Position numbers and translations under genes: made by a program
Virus record (IMG/VR): IMGVR_UViG_3300037461_000955
Location: 1 to 52,549 of that record
Length of the DNA: 52,549 bases
Source: a virus
Taxonomy: Duplodnaviria > Caudoviricetes
Reading direction: 5' to 3' (one strand)
The notes under the pieces: generated by a model
Told to the model about the DNA's origin: nothing
Database searches by the model: none
The model's input: the letters and a program-made list of their open reading frames with translations, nothing else
Part shown: in pieces, positions 9,601 through 18,515 of the stretch
How positions within the stretch are numbered: the stretch's first letter is position 1
Layout of the letters: every line of letters starts with the position of its first letter

Positions 9601-10745
9601 GCTTTTTTGGCAAACCTGAAAGCCAAGGCTTCCGGCAACAGGCCAACCTGTTCTGACAGTGACTCGCCCATGCCAACTAATACGGCATGTGTAAACCGCG
9701 AATCTTCGTCTGACAACCCTTCTGATTGGCCGAAATCGCGTGAACCGGCTGCGACCGCCATTACGCCGAATCCCAATGCGTTTCCGGCTGTAATCTCGCC
9801 GATAACCGGCAGTGTTGCCAACACCTGTGGTGCAGCGACGGTCCCCATTGCTGTTGCTGCCGCCACCGTGGCCGTGGTAGGCGACTGCTCTAAAAGGAAT
9901 GACAGTGTTCTTGACGGATGTTTGACAGCCTGTGCTGTGTAGCCGGCAATTTGCCTTAAAGCTCCGCCTTCTTCAGGCTCCCAAACCGACTTATAGAAAT
10001 CCGGTCTATTGGCGATATCCTGCTTGATTAACTCTATATCGCGGTCATTGGACTTTCTCCAGTCCTCCCCGGCCTGACTATTGGCGAATAGCTTCAAAAG
10101 GCCTGCCCATATACTATTTGCTGGCTGTCCAGTGGCCATACCAAGCGCCATTGTTTTGTTAAGGAGTTTCTGGCCTGGTTCAGAGTGAATAGCCTCTCCG
10201 AATCCATGTCTTGTCTGCATTATTGCCGCAGCGGCCTGTTCGTTGCCCAGCTTGATTTTGTCCCACCAGCCCCGCTGATCCATGTAATTAGCAGGGTCAC
10301 CCATTGTCGCAGAAGCTGACGTTCCGTCTGGTAGTTCAATATCGGCTAACATACGGCCATATGGGTCTCTGTTGTCTGTGGTCTGGCTTCCGCCTATGGT
10401 GACAGTCTTTCCCTCGAAATCCTTCTGGAACCGCTGTCTGGCCCAGACACCGCCTTCTTCGCCCCACCCAGCCGCACCTTTGTCGGTTTCCGGTGTGTCG
10501 ATTCCCTGTAGACGAATTCTGGCATACCGGCCTTTGTCGGTTCTGACAATTGCTGTGTCTCCGTCCAGTACCTCCATGACGGTAGCGCTTTGGCCCGCCA
10601 TCTGTTTATAGTCCGCGTCTGTGTCAAAGTCTCCAGCCGCCATTCGCCTGTTGACTTCTTCTAAAGCGGAGCCTTTTGACGGACTGGAACCCAGTGTTAA
10701 TTCACCAGCCTGTATTCTGCGTTGTACTTCTTCAAGTGCGCCCAT
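3642..10745 (-). CDS. Giant internal virion/DNA-ejection polyvalent protein with N-terminal thermonuclease (SNase) domain
   Basis: 2367 aa, last of the structural module. VLDGDT...IRLQGIDTPE...DPYGRMLA is the SNase signature. Confidence 0.75.
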   Translation of the reverse strand: MGALEEVQRRIQAGELTLGSSPSKGSALEEVNRRMAAGDFDTDADYKQMAGQSATVMEVLDGDTAIVRTDKGRYARIRLQGIDTPETDKGAAGWGEEGGVWARQRFQKDFEGKTVTIGGSQTTDNRDPYGRMLADIELPDGTSASATMGDPANYMDQRGWWDKIKLGNEQAAAAIMQTRHGFGEAIHSEPGQKLLNKTMALGMATGQPANSIWAGLLKLFANSQAGEDWRKSNDRDIELIKQDIANRPDFYKSVWEPEEGGALRQIAGYTAQAVKHPSRTLSFLLEQSPTTATVAAATAMGTVAAPQVLATLPVIGEITAGNALGFGVMAVAAGSRDFGQSEGLSDEDSRFTHAVLVGMGESLSEQVGLLPEALAFRFAKKAAAKAGGKTAWGLFKSGLKGAGEGYLIGGSEEAVAKINENLWDSILFDDPKDLLSDVPREFAMGAIGESTQGAGGAMAGHLFAPNTPAPPPGPAGTTNANVGADTSSPRRSTRAEALEKLRKGKEAALAVAKTNPKHTKEDLAKIEALFAQVENDIYAGKYDVKIEQAPDTPVYQGEQNAKEVQTPQTTPVTPTPGTEPAVAKRRTADGTEIEDTSLPSELKPWMPEKIAEGGLFEDKDTVGPMPPQTVTKGPDWVSEETWNAYIQGKIDAKKVVEQTLDENLLLMDQDRTQAIEKGVATIAAFQEKQQIMQQKAQLFSALPESEKQAQAVTTSRVPATDPLPAPKSFFVKPEKEKQAEPVVSGPAKPAPALFAPKEERVPGYKINLKPKERAKFQMSEWDLAKLLVDMSESALRQACREGGLHNVDTTNKAAMIVAITAAVRAHGGKLNQARLELLPRLGMNQDKTMPTIDGIDLNRLPTATLLKIADILNIATPQTKQGKPNRATTGAMGTTNRRTIIDSVKGILAEQEMQTDESREDNKDVPVQPVVPEIEVIAPDNKVADEEVNTRELTDEAEAAAIKDAIGEEEDLEGNIEQPYDPSKGKYKPEQDDNTNDTSVEEGLWMPELVKRLIAEGTFGIYSGDLALQQGRYEEITDPETGKIRHLGVWNNTAYWIDEQTNELQEMEWDEIGSADLRDFVQDEGGDIRDTAWKNNKELNERYDKKDPDIYDITDEVSEYETPKADSRDLAPSQVRPNNGVKLRVGETVYAYVQKKIQRQATRVVNGHHVAKSTLAKVATPPKGVRAIQDKQNGGYWILKPDMEEVDRGYWVNEKGEKANKDMQVFLTEAYRNPLMERLAALANFAISIGLDPKANARVAGHSKKTGKPFFHRISPMRFAYELRQYIASLGGDLMAGVVNPQVEKAKGEKVDKEQAMSNALQGNWGLSKYGAWGQRHGITKLGILFKALKRVLGQQAEMRLMREVVPYKLKKGSTVLFMEGIDKLDKRQQEELALEFVARYKRALRENNIDLVDQAKQEEVARALFDILKTSREEQASFKEAMGIGKKEDKNWGNDQGTRAAVKAAVTAEMAAELKRRLNKTTEQVKAEQAAIKQTEIQKLQGELEALKRKTVLTPAENKAINDKTKALNALLDQKALDDMAAKSGDQGNQDAKTQTIDDVAKEAVHVDAPSTAPTMTSMVDADQLASVMQGLYKKFGIKMAPSASADGGLSELRDWRGKKAKWKAIIRGEVKRLQDAVTDALGVSHYDVYSDKKVFGDYTTMDVSRALYTAIQQREYPAWSSFLHLLSPSYRKAAELAQQINGNPTNNEVLRKLNDVVEKTLAFTDKVGKIAVDAGLIEAKDVRQYYITEMWDFKKSAKEFTSKLLATRPGQIQHRLFEGGVFEGMAKGGVLKWEDFSEAVYQTALSVTEAIENRKYINLAIEQGIFAKEGKGTPPGYKRIDSQVIQYKTKNGSSITLYAPEKIANSINKEYGKSRIAGIWGVPALTWLTQRIKEVILTASGYQAQEYIAMSAYGTPNTKSMFVHKNLKEGKEILRNLPSIDQFARNEVDRAEDLYLEIVEASLVDNLALDFDPSYKRAPELPGRIAQKIPGLKQIWNAIAFMGEGVQKLTFEHLGPALKAHAAVQLARIELTRNADKIMSGQTTRKEVLRAVAKTVNNQFGGLNYVDLDIGQTAQHLMKLGIFGHDFTLANARRYTQMGAKGPEGSAARRMMAAVAVKYGLLWLMGNLGLAMADDEGFIERLKLAWKNGGLSSMNILFWDITPIYKLFGGKTKNRKYLNILSSFKEGLRWLTSATDAKALGNMVRSKSAFLPRMAMDYAFAYDFAGKPFTTTGELFGKERGKFGDNLKGQIASYQSKGEKGLLDREQFPSFALYEAKSALPIGAQNVIDMLRGEIEPFDAVLGAFGTDTRTSYEQEKREPKLTYKKFLQDSGMPRSKPAQMMWKIEKGDDLQGRRLFEPRRRYAD

Positions 10746-10774
10746 TTATGCCCTTGTGAATAAGTCTATATTTA

Positions 10775-11815
10775 CTACAAATTGGAAAGAGATAGGCCTT
10801 GCATTCTTTGCCATGAATAATCGCTCGGCTTCTCGGCCGTCTCGCTCTCGACCGCCTTGCTGTCATCCTTCTTTACGCCTTTCCAGTTGTATCTTTTGTT
10901 CATTCCGGTCTGCATTTTGTATACCTGGGCCAAATCAAAGGCTGTTTTCCTGAGCAAGCCTGCCTGTTCTGGAGCCTTCGTGTCTGCCTCGTCTGCAGCC
11001 GCTAGGAGCAGTTGTACGTCGCTTACTGTCTTGTCGTGCTCCTTTTTTGTGGTGCCGTATTCAGCCCTGTGTGGCGGTATGGCCCACGGGTTCTCAGTAT
11101 TGATTGATTTGTCACCGCGTGCATATAACGTGGCACGTATTTGCTCCCAAGCCTGTGGACCCAGTTCGGCTAATTGCTGTTCGTTCATCTGCAGATATCT
11201 ATCCCCTTTTCCTACTCCTATTTCTTTAGGCAGAGAAGTAGCTATGTCTTCTACCAGCTTATTCTGGTATTGTTTGGTTAACATCCAGTTCGATGTATTG
11301 TTATTTTGGATTTCGGACTCGTAGTAATTGCCCTTGTCTTTTACCGCCTGTGCCTCTATATCCATACCCTTCGATGCTATTTCATTGCGCTCCAGCCCTA
11401 ATGAGTATGCGTCGTTGGCACTTTGTTGTTCCAGGTCAAGTTTTTTGTACCCTAAATCTATATTGGCCGAGTCAAATAATTTCCTCCAGTTCAATGTTGC
11501 ATTAAACTGGCGTCGGTCTTCTCCAAGTTTTTGCTGACTGAATCCTTGTGTCCAGGTCTGGTTCCGGTCTTGCCTGTTCTCTGTCCTGTTGAACTGAGTA
11601 TCCTGGTTTATCTGTGCCTGTTTTTGTAAGGCCAGCGACCCTGTCTGATATTTCTCTTGTGACGCAAGTCTGGCTGTGTCGAGTTCATGCTGTTTCTGCT
11701 GCCACTGGTCCTGTTTGGCCAGTCTGGCATTCTCTAAAGCCATCTGGCCTTTCCATTGCATGTACGCAACATATGCCCCAGCCGCACCATCAAAGAAATT
11801 TGCCTGTCCAATCAT
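10775..11815 (-). CDS. Putative ejection/DNA-transfer protein
   Basis: Q/N-rich coiled coil; position typical of podoviral internal proteins. Confidence 0.55.
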   Translation of the reverse strand: MIGQANFFDGAAGAYVAYMQWKGQMALENARLAKQDQWQQKQHELDTARLASQEKYQTGSLALQKQAQINQDTQFNRTENRQDRNQTWTQGFSQQKLGEDRRQFNATLNWRKLFDSANIDLGYKKLDLEQQSANDAYSLGLERNEIASKGMDIEAQAVKDKGNYYESEIQNNNTSNWMLTKQYQNKLVEDIATSLPKEIGVGKGDRYLQMNEQQLAELGPQAWEQIRATLYARGDKSINTENPWAIPPHRAEYGTTKKEHDKTVSDVQLLLAAADEADTKAPEQAGLLRKTAFDLAQVYKMQTGMNKRYNWKGVKKDDSKAVESETAEKPSDYSWQRMQGLSLSNL

Positions 11816-11824
11816 AGTGTCCTC

Positions 11825-12505
11825 TTAGTATCCGCTAAACATTCCGCCCATTTGTGAGCCCGCCATTCCGCCCATCATTGTTCCCAGCATGGGTGATGCT
11901 GCAAAACCAAAACCGCCCGTGGCAATACCTAATCCTATTCCAGCTAATCCACCCAATGCGCCCCCTATCCCGCTGCTTTTCTTTTTGGAGTCCAGGTACT
12001 TCTGCATTGCCACCTGATAATTCTGGACGGCCTTTCTTCGTTCCGCCTGATATATTTCGTTGCCCTTGCCTGCCGCATTGAAATACGTGTTGGCTCTGGC
12101 ATTATTTTTGGCGTTGACAGGGGCCAGTGAATCTTGTATGGCCTGCTGTCCCTGAAGCGACATAACGCGGGATAAGGAACTACCTCCAGCCATGTCTCCA
12201 TCTGAATTCGATATTCTTGCAGACCGCCCGGCCATTGCTGCTCCTGCCATTTTGCGCTGCATATCAATCTGTGTTTTTATATTGCTGATTGCAGGGGCTG
12301 CTAAATTAAATTCCGACCGCCCCATTTTAGCCATATCATAGTCGGCACGGATTTGCTTGTTTGTTTTATCTTGCAATTGACGGGTTGGTTTGTCCAATGG
12401 CTGCATACCCTGCAATCCATACCCTTTGCCCCAATTCATGGCATCGTACAGATTCATGGCGCCGCTGCCCAAAGCCAATCCGCCTAACATAAATTCTGGT
12501 GTCAT
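11825..12505 (-). CDS. Putative internal virion (pilot/ejection) protein
   Basis: Gly/Ala/Met-rich with glycine-zipper hydrophobic C-terminus. Confidence 0.55.
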   Translation of the reverse strand: MTPEFMLGGLALGSGAMNLYDAMNWGKGYGLQGMQPLDKPTRQLQDKTNKQIRADYDMAKMGRSEFNLAAPAISNIKTQIDMQRKMAGAAMAGRSARISNSDGDMAGGSSLSRVMSLQGQQAIQDSLAPVNAKNNARANTYFNAAGKGNEIYQAERRKAVQNYQVAMQKYLDSKKKSSGIGGALGGLAGIGLGIATGGFGFAASPMLGTMMGGMAGSQMGGMFSGY

Positions 12506-12529
12506 TGTATATGGCCTCTTTCTTCGCCC

Positions 12530-13192
12530 TTAATAAGGTGACAACATCCTGCTATATGCCGTACCCTGTGGCTCAAAGGACGGGTTTAGGGTTCCGTATT
12601 TATTAAATGTTGCGGCGCCGGACCGACTGACTGGACCCGCCCCGGCATTAAATGCCTGCATTTGTGCCGATGGCTGTGACATCATTTGCCCAAACAACAT
12701 GCCTACTGCCGGACCAATTGAGCTTCCAAAGCTTTGCCAATACCCCGGAATGTTTCTTGCCTGCATCATCCCGTTGTTCCAGGTGTTCATGACCTGCGCA
12801 CTGGCCTGGTCCGCTGCTCCAAGTTCACCCAGGGCCGCATTCAGTGCGGATTCCTTATCCATACCACGCTGCAGTACTTCAGACTTTTTCAGGTCGTCCT
12901 CTGCCCTGTATTTTGCCTGTCTGGTGTAATCCCACAAAACACTGGCTATTTTCTCGTCCCCACCCAGTACCTCCCTGTCAATGTATGACCGTAAATCAGC
13001 CGAGGAATCCAGAAAGCCTGTATTGATGGCATTCTGTTGGCTTGCAAGAGCCATAGATTGGAGATTGCCGGGCAGTAACCCGCGCCCATCCATCCCCCTG
13101 TTTATCTGGTCATAATATTCACCTTGCCATTCCTTGCCCGTTTTAGACAAAGAATAATGCGGTTTCTTTTTCTTGCTTCCAAACAATCCCAT
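12530..13192 (-). CDS. Putative internal virion (ejection) protein
   Basis: MGLFGSKKKK N-terminus, composition and synteny. Confidence 0.5.
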   Translation of the reverse strand: MGLFGSKKKKPHYSLSKTGKEWQGEYYDQINRGMDGRGLLPGNLQSMALASQQNAINTGFLDSSADLRSYIDREVLGGDEKIASVLWDYTRQAKYRAEDDLKKSEVLQRGMDKESALNAALGELGAADQASAQVMNTWNNGMMQARNIPGYWQSFGSSIGPAVGMLFGQMMSQPSAQMQAFNAGAGPVSRSGAATFNKYGTLNPSFEPQGTAYSRMLSPY

Positions 13193-13201
13193 ATGTTCTT
13201 C

Positions 13202-13444
13202 CTATGTAGAAGGCATACTTGTTAATAAAGCGCCCAGGGCATTTACCGTGTTCTCAAGTTGGAGTTTTGTGTTTTGCAAAAGTTGTGTTGGCGTAGCTGC
13301 GGCTTTCAACATGGCATCTAGTGCTGCGAGGCTTATATCTGTTCCATCTGCAACATCTTTTGGCAATGCTTTGGCCAATAAGATGAACTCATTTTTTGTT
13401 AATGATACATACGTTTTACCGTCACCTGTTGCCAATTTAATCAT
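13202..13444 (-). CDS. Hypothetical protein (possible tail fibre chaperone)
   Basis: 80-aa ORF with TAAGGA RBS, downstream of the tail fibre. Confidence 0.5.
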   Translation of the reverse strand: MIKLATGDGKTYVSLTKNEFILLAKALPKDVADGTDISLAALDAMLKAAATPTQLLQNTKLQLENTVNALGALLTSMPST

Positions 13445-13542
13445 GTCTATATCCTTATTAAGCTGCTGTTCCAGGCAGTTCGGTTACCCTTAAAACACGC
13501 GGTAAGGTTGTGCCGTATTGCTTTACAAAAGTTCCTTTTGGT

Positions 13543-13623
13543 TTAGTACCCTATAGCAAGCCAGTAACCAGTAATATTTTCTGTATTGTCTCCATTAAAT
13601 ACTTGAAAATGTGTTTTCTCATA
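13543..13623 (-). pseudogene. Relic C-terminal tip of a former tail fibre
   Basis: In frame with the upstream fibre gene, after its stop: YEKTHFQVFNGDNTENITGYWLAIGY*. Confidence 0.5.
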
Positions 13624-13632
13624 TTAGTGTCC

Positions 13633-14499
13633 TTAATATCGTATTAGAGTAGCCAGCCCATTGAGGACCGGTGTTCCAGACGGAGCAAGGGCGGTATCTT
13701 TTTTCAGTATAACAATTTCAATAGAGCTTAGTGCTGCTGCTGTATTTTTTCGTCCGGCCACAGACAAGTGATGATTTATCGTGGTATCGGTAATATTAAC
13801 ACCTTGCCTGAAATTACCAACAACAGCTATGCATTGCGTGTCGAGAAGGCCAGAATTGCCAATCAGTGCTTCACCGGAAAATCCTGAATCATTTTTAATA
13901 TTATAGGTTGTGCCGTATCTTGATAAAGCAATGCAGCTTGTGTCTGTAGAGTAATCTCTATAGACATTTGAGTTACGAGTTTCTTCTACACAAAACGAAT
14001 AGTCTGTGGTTGAAGCATCACTGTTAAACCTTAAACCAATAATGGGATCGTCCGCTGCGGCGTCTGCCATTCCAGAAATAACGACAGAGAGAATTAGCTT
14101 GTAAGCATAATTTTTGCTTAGACCTGTCCATTGTACCGACGAAGCATCAGACAAGACCCGCCTGCTAACCATATAAGGAGCGGTAGCAAGCACATAATCA
14201 GCCACAGACTTCTTTGTTGCCGCATCCTGATCATCTATAGGGTCTGCGAGGTTGATAAATCTGTCGTTATTCATATCAAACGTATCACTGGTTATAGATA
14301 GTTTTGCATGTGTTACAGAGCCATTGGCTATCTGTGTTGTTCCCACCGCATTAGCGGCTATGACTCCATGTCCCGTTCCGCCCAGATCGTTTATAGCATT
14401 TGTCACGTCTGTGAAATTCTGATTCACATGCGTCGCTCGAATTTTGTCGCCAACAACAATTGTATTGGATGCTGTGTTTGTTACTGCGAATGTAGACAT
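13633..14499 (-). CDS. Tail fibre protein
   Basis: N-terminal anchor IRATHVNQNF, VGTTQIANGSVTHAKL repeat, NLADPIDDQDAATKKSV motif and beta-rich tip. Confidence 0.75.
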   Translation of the reverse strand: MSTFAVTNTASNTIVVGDKIRATHVNQNFTDVTNAINDLGGTGHGVIAANAVGTTQIANGSVTHAKLSITSDTFDMNNDRFINLADPIDDQDAATKKSVADYVLATAPYMVSRRVLSDASSVQWTGLSKNYAYKLILSVVISGMADAAADDPIIGLRFNSDASTTDYSFCVEETRNSNVYRDYSTDTSCIALSRYGTTYNIKNDSGFSGEALIGNSGLLDTQCIAVVGNFRQGVNITDTTINHHLSVAGRKNTAAALSSIEIVILKKDTALAPSGTPVLNGLATLIRY

Positions 14500-14508
14500 T
14501 GTGTTATC

Positions 14509-16809
14509 CTAAATAGTATATGGTGTTTCGCGATAATAGATTTCAATGGTATTGAGTTGTGTATCAGCTATATCCGATGTTGCAATGTTTAACTGCATGA
14601 CCGACCCCTTGGTATTGCTCACACACCGACTGGTATCATAGTACCCTTTTTCTGTATCATCGCTCCAATTATCTGTATCTAATCCCTCTGCATTATCTAC
14701 CAAATCTGTATCTGCGTTTGTAAAGATTGTGTTCGCGTTGTATGCCGGGGTACTAACGTATATGCTTGTTGTGTCAATTTTGGTAAACGCTACTCCTGCC
14801 GTTGCATTCCATAAATCCTTATTAGTTCCATCTACACCAGTAAATATTATCGTACCCGAAGAACCCAGGTTGTGGATGTCGGAAAACACAATCTTGGTTT
14901 TATTGGTGTCATATAGCGAGGTAGAACTGATTGGCGGCAACCCCCAAACCGATCCATCCCAGATGCCGTCATCCGCATCGTCACCTTCTATGGCGTCAGC
15001 TCCCAGCACCAATGTCGCGGTTGTCTTAAACGCGTTGTAATTCATCTCAAAGTCAGCAGTCAGTGTAGTTCCTGACGACTCACCATAAACCGCAATCGCA
15101 TGGGGTTTTTTCCGTGAGAGTGGTGACTCCAGAACAATCAACCCCGTCCTGATGATTATTGGGATGGTAGTCCCAGTATCTGCATAAGACACACAATCTT
15201 TCGCCGTTGTACTGACTGCATAACCATGTTCATAAATATATTTGCGGTTTACATCCAGAAAATACCAATTCCCGCTATATACTACGAAATCATCGAATGC
15301 CCAATCTATTTCAGACCAGCCTCCATACCGTCCACTGGCAATATTGGCCACTCCTGTTCGTACGTCCCAAACAAACGTCTTTGTATTATAGGGCATTCCT
15401 ACGCGCGTGGAATCTGTAAAACTCAAGTAATATCGATCTTTCCAGAGTCCCGCTACAATATAACTGCGCCGCGTAGACCCAATTCCTTCTATCTTGTCTT
15501 CAATAGGTCGTCCGATAGGGATTGCAAAATCGCCATCTTCTGCCTGGTCATTGAAATTGGCGAAATAAACATTTCTGGCGTCTACCCAGCACAGTCCCAA
15601 TCCAACATCTACAAGGCTTTTATGGCTTACGGTTCCAACATCAGACACCTTGAGCAGTTCATTGGACTGTTCAGGGTCTGCATTTGGAAGCACATAACAG
15701 CTTGATTCCGTAAAAACATATAAATTGCGGTTAAAAATGGTTATGCCTGTTCCGGCCTGTTGTAAATAAAAGTAATTAAAAGCAGGGAATACATCTGGTT
15801 GGCCCGGTTCCGAATACACCAGTTTCCCTGGAATGTCTCTATCGAATCCCCACACGCGCCCATCCGCGACAAATGGATGCTTGATGTTCACTAATGTGCA
15901 TGGATCGTCTGGTAATTCTATTCCCTCTTCGCCCACTGGGATATTGTCCGTGAATGTAACAGCCGAATTCCCCCACCCTGAACCCGGTTTCAGCAGGTAT
16001 CCTACCAGTTTGTACGGTCCAGCCGATTGTCCATTAGGTGAGCGGTAAATGTTGACCCTTGATACTGTGGCTGCAATGGCCGGAGTTGCAGCACCGGCAA
16101 CCGTAACAGTCACCGTGGCATTATGCGTGTCGTCGCAGCCTGTTACTAACACACTGGCATTAGCAGTTGGCGCCGATTCTCCATACAGTGTATTTGTACT
16201 GCCGCCATGATAAACAAACGTGGTTTTGTAGTAATATGTACCATCGTAATCAATGCCTTGTGTTTTACTGTCAATTGCCGCAGTGCTCGTCGTTGGCGTT
16301 GACGGTGCCGTTAGACCCATATTGCTGACTGTGCCATCGCCGGCCATTCTTTTTGGCACAATACCAGTTGATGGTGTGGGGTCGAAAATCAAGTAATCTG
16401 TGGCATTGCCCACCGAGTACCTGATGACTTCTGGTGCCACCGTGTATGACGTCGTCCCTTGTGACGGTGCCGTCCATGCCGAGCCATTCCAGTAATGGAT
16501 TTGTGTATAGGATGCTCCGGCTCTGACTGTCGCAAATGCCCCCAGGGCCTCATGGTAAAACAACACTGGCTTTGTTGTATTAGTTAAAGCCGTATCTATT
16601 GTGTCTTTTAAATAGGCCCTGTATGGCGAGCGCGCCTCTAATTGGCCTGTTTCTGAAATATAAATATTTAGCAATCTGGTGTATTGTGTGGGACCCAGCG
16701 ATGGTTCTGGCTGACTTGTCACCATGCCGCCCGAAAAGTCATTCAGCACTATCTTTTGTAATGGCAAGGACGACGGCTTTGATTGAATAATGGTTTGCGG
16801 AACTGCCAT
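14509..16809 (-). CDS. Tail tubular/nozzle (stabilisation) protein
   Basis: N-terminal DFSGGM motif, LVYSEPGQPDVFP; size and position after adaptor genes. Confidence 0.7.
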   Translation of the reverse strand: MAVPQTIIQSKPSSLPLQKIVLNDFSGGMVTSQPEPSLGPTQYTRLLNIYISETGQLEARSPYRAYLKDTIDTALTNTTKPVLFYHEALGAFATVRAGASYTQIHYWNGSAWTAPSQGTTSYTVAPEVIRYSVGNATDYLIFDPTPSTGIVPKRMAGDGTVSNMGLTAPSTPTTSTAAIDSKTQGIDYDGTYYYKTTFVYHGGSTNTLYGESAPTANASVLVTGCDDTHNATVTVTVAGAATPAIAATVSRVNIYRSPNGQSAGPYKLVGYLLKPGSGWGNSAVTFTDNIPVGEEGIELPDDPCTLVNIKHPFVADGRVWGFDRDIPGKLVYSEPGQPDVFPAFNYFYLQQAGTGITIFNRNLYVFTESSCYVLPNADPEQSNELLKVSDVGTVSHKSLVDVGLGLCWVDARNVYFANFNDQAEDGDFAIPIGRPIEDKIEGIGSTRRSYIVAGLWKDRYYLSFTDSTRVGMPYNTKTFVWDVRTGVANIASGRYGGWSEIDWAFDDFVVYSGNWYFLDVNRKYIYEHGYAVSTTAKDCVSYADTGTTIPIIIRTGLIVLESPLSRKKPHAIAVYGESSGTTLTADFEMNYNAFKTTATLVLGADAIEGDDADDGIWDGSVWGLPPISSTSLYDTNKTKIVFSDIHNLGSSGTIIFTGVDGTNKDLWNATAGVAFTKIDTTSIYVSTPAYNANTIFTNADTDLVDNAEGLDTDNWSDDTEKGYYDTSRCVSNTKGSVMQLNIATSDIADTQLNTIEIYYRETPYTI

Positions 16810-17402
16810 TACATTGAACCTCCGCCATACATCTTGATATCTTCTATGCCTCTGACAGACTGCGCCCACTCGTTGAATCTGTCAAGGTATTGCTGTGCTG
16901 TGGCGTGGTCAGAGTCCTGATGGCAGGCCAAATAACACATATAGTCTATTACCGCATTGTAACACTCCGCTGGCAATGCCGATTCTTCACTCAGCGCAGC
17001 AGCCTCTCCTGGTATACATGCATACCATGCAGTATAGTTCCCTGTATATGTTGCGTTGAAGTATAACGTTGTCCCAATAGTCATCCATGTGGTTGGCGTG
17101 CCTGCCGACAGTGTTGTAAAATCCACATTGTCGTCTGGTTTGGAAAACGGTATTGGGGACCCTCCAATATCTACCCTGTATACAAAAAACGCCCTGTGCG
17201 CGCTACTTCCTAACGCACTAAATGCAACCGAAGATGTGGATGAGACGCTTTTTATAGTCTTCTGCCTAAAGACCCCTGTCAGCGCGATTGCTCTCTGTCC
17301 GTGGTTGTAAAATTCTAACCAGGATGCGTCACTATATGATTGGTCGTTTGTGTCTGCGAGCCTTGTTCGCGCAGATGAAACAAAATAATTCAATGTTGAC
17401 AT
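16809..17402 (-). CDS. Head-tail adaptor-like protein
   Basis: ARTRLAD...SDASWLEFYN...AVIDYMCYLA pattern; synteny. Confidence 0.6.
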   Translation of the reverse strand: MSTLNYFVSSARTRLADTNDQSYSDASWLEFYNHGQRAIALTGVFRQKTIKSVSSTSSVAFSALGSSAHRAFFVYRVDIGGSPIPFSKPDDNVDFTTLSAGTPTTWMTIGTTLYFNATYTGNYTAWYACIPGEAAALSEESALPAECYNAVIDYMCYLACHQDSDHATAQQYLDRFNEWAQSVRGIEDIKMYGGGSM

Positions 17403-17403
17403 G

Positions 17404-18111
17404 CTAACTCCTTATTGCGCGTGAATATGCCGCACTAAAAGCATTGTCTGCCGCTGTCGACCTTTGATGCCTATTGATGCTCGTAGGTCCATCATATCCC
17501 TGTTTGTCTTTATGGTTCAGCAATGCGTGTTCATAAGCCATCATATATTGAAGTGGGTTTCCAAACCCCAGTCGACGCATTGCAATTGCCGTGGCAAGGT
17601 CTAACACACACCCAATAAACCACGGTGGCAATGAGGCAATAGAACTGGTATCATTTATAGATTCGCAATACGCGTCAATCGTGTATGCGCTGTCAGGGAC
17701 AGGATACAACTGAAGTCTGGTTACGCCCGCTGCCGTTGTGTCGTGTGCATAACAAGAAGGAACCCCCGTTTCATCTCTGTCGATATCTATTCCATACAAT
17801 GCCTCCATAGATATTGGCGACAAATACTGTTCTTCTGTCTCTATTCTTACGGTGCCTGTTATTAGAGTCATGGCCGTTGTTGGCAAGTCAACATATTTCT
17901 GGTTTGCAACACATGTCAACTGTATGGCCGCCTGGTTGTATTCCCATCGCGGAACCCCTCTTTCTTCCGACAACTGTTGCAGGGCTTCGTTCACAGAATT
18001 CCGAATCACCTCTTGTTCCGTGTAAGTGGCCACCTTTCGGGATGTTTGTTCCTTAAACAGGTGCACAATCGAACTTACAATTTGATTGAATGTTATTGAC
18101 CAGACGGCCAT
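17404..18111 (-). CDS. Head-tail adaptor / tail tubular protein A-like
   Basis: TGVPSCYA...LQLYPVPDSAYTI motif typical of podoviral adaptors. Confidence 0.7.
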   Translation of the reverse strand: MAVWSITFNQIVSSIVHLFKEQTSRKVATYTEQEVIRNSVNEALQQLSEERGVPRWEYNQAAIQLTCVANQKYVDLPTTAMTLITGTVRIETEEQYLSPISMEALYGIDIDRDETGVPSCYAHDTTAAGVTRLQLYPVPDSAYTIDAYCESINDTSSIASLPPWFIGCVLDLATAIAMRRLGFGNPLQYMMAYEHALLNHKDKQGYDGPTSINRHQRSTAADNAFSAAYSRAIRS

Positions 18112-18113
18112 AA

Positions 18114-18515
18114 TTACCTCATTAAGACTGAAACCTTGCTATTCATGGCGTTTTTATAGGCATTCCCGACTTCTTCTGCTACCGCCCTGACCCTGCGTTT
18201 CTTGTCGTGCTCTTCCATCATCTCATGGATTTGCCACTCATCCATATGTGCTTTTCTGGATCGCTGGACATGCATCAGGTGCCTGATGGCCTTCCATATA
18301 TCATATGGAGCACTTATCTCGTATACCAGCATACATTCGTTTGGAGTGCGGTGCCAAACCTGACATCTCTGTTTTCTGGGGTGCCAGCGGAGTCTTACGT
18401 TGTCTCCGAATTCACTCCGCAACCTCTTAGCATCCCTTTGGTACCCGAATTCCTCGGCTGGTTTGGTATTGCCATGAAATTCCCTGAGTAGTGTATAAGC
18501 CGCCTTCTTAGCCAT
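18114..18515 (-). CDS. Hypothetical protein
   Basis: 133-aa ORF tightly packed in the operon. Confidence 0.6.
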   Translation of the reverse strand: MAKKAAYTLLREFHGNTKPAEEFGYQRDAKRLRSEFGDNVRLRWHPRKQRCQVWHRTPNECMLVYEISAPYDIWKAIRHLMHVQRSRKAHMDEWQIHEMMEEHDKKRRVRAVAEEVGNAYKNAMNSKVSVLMR

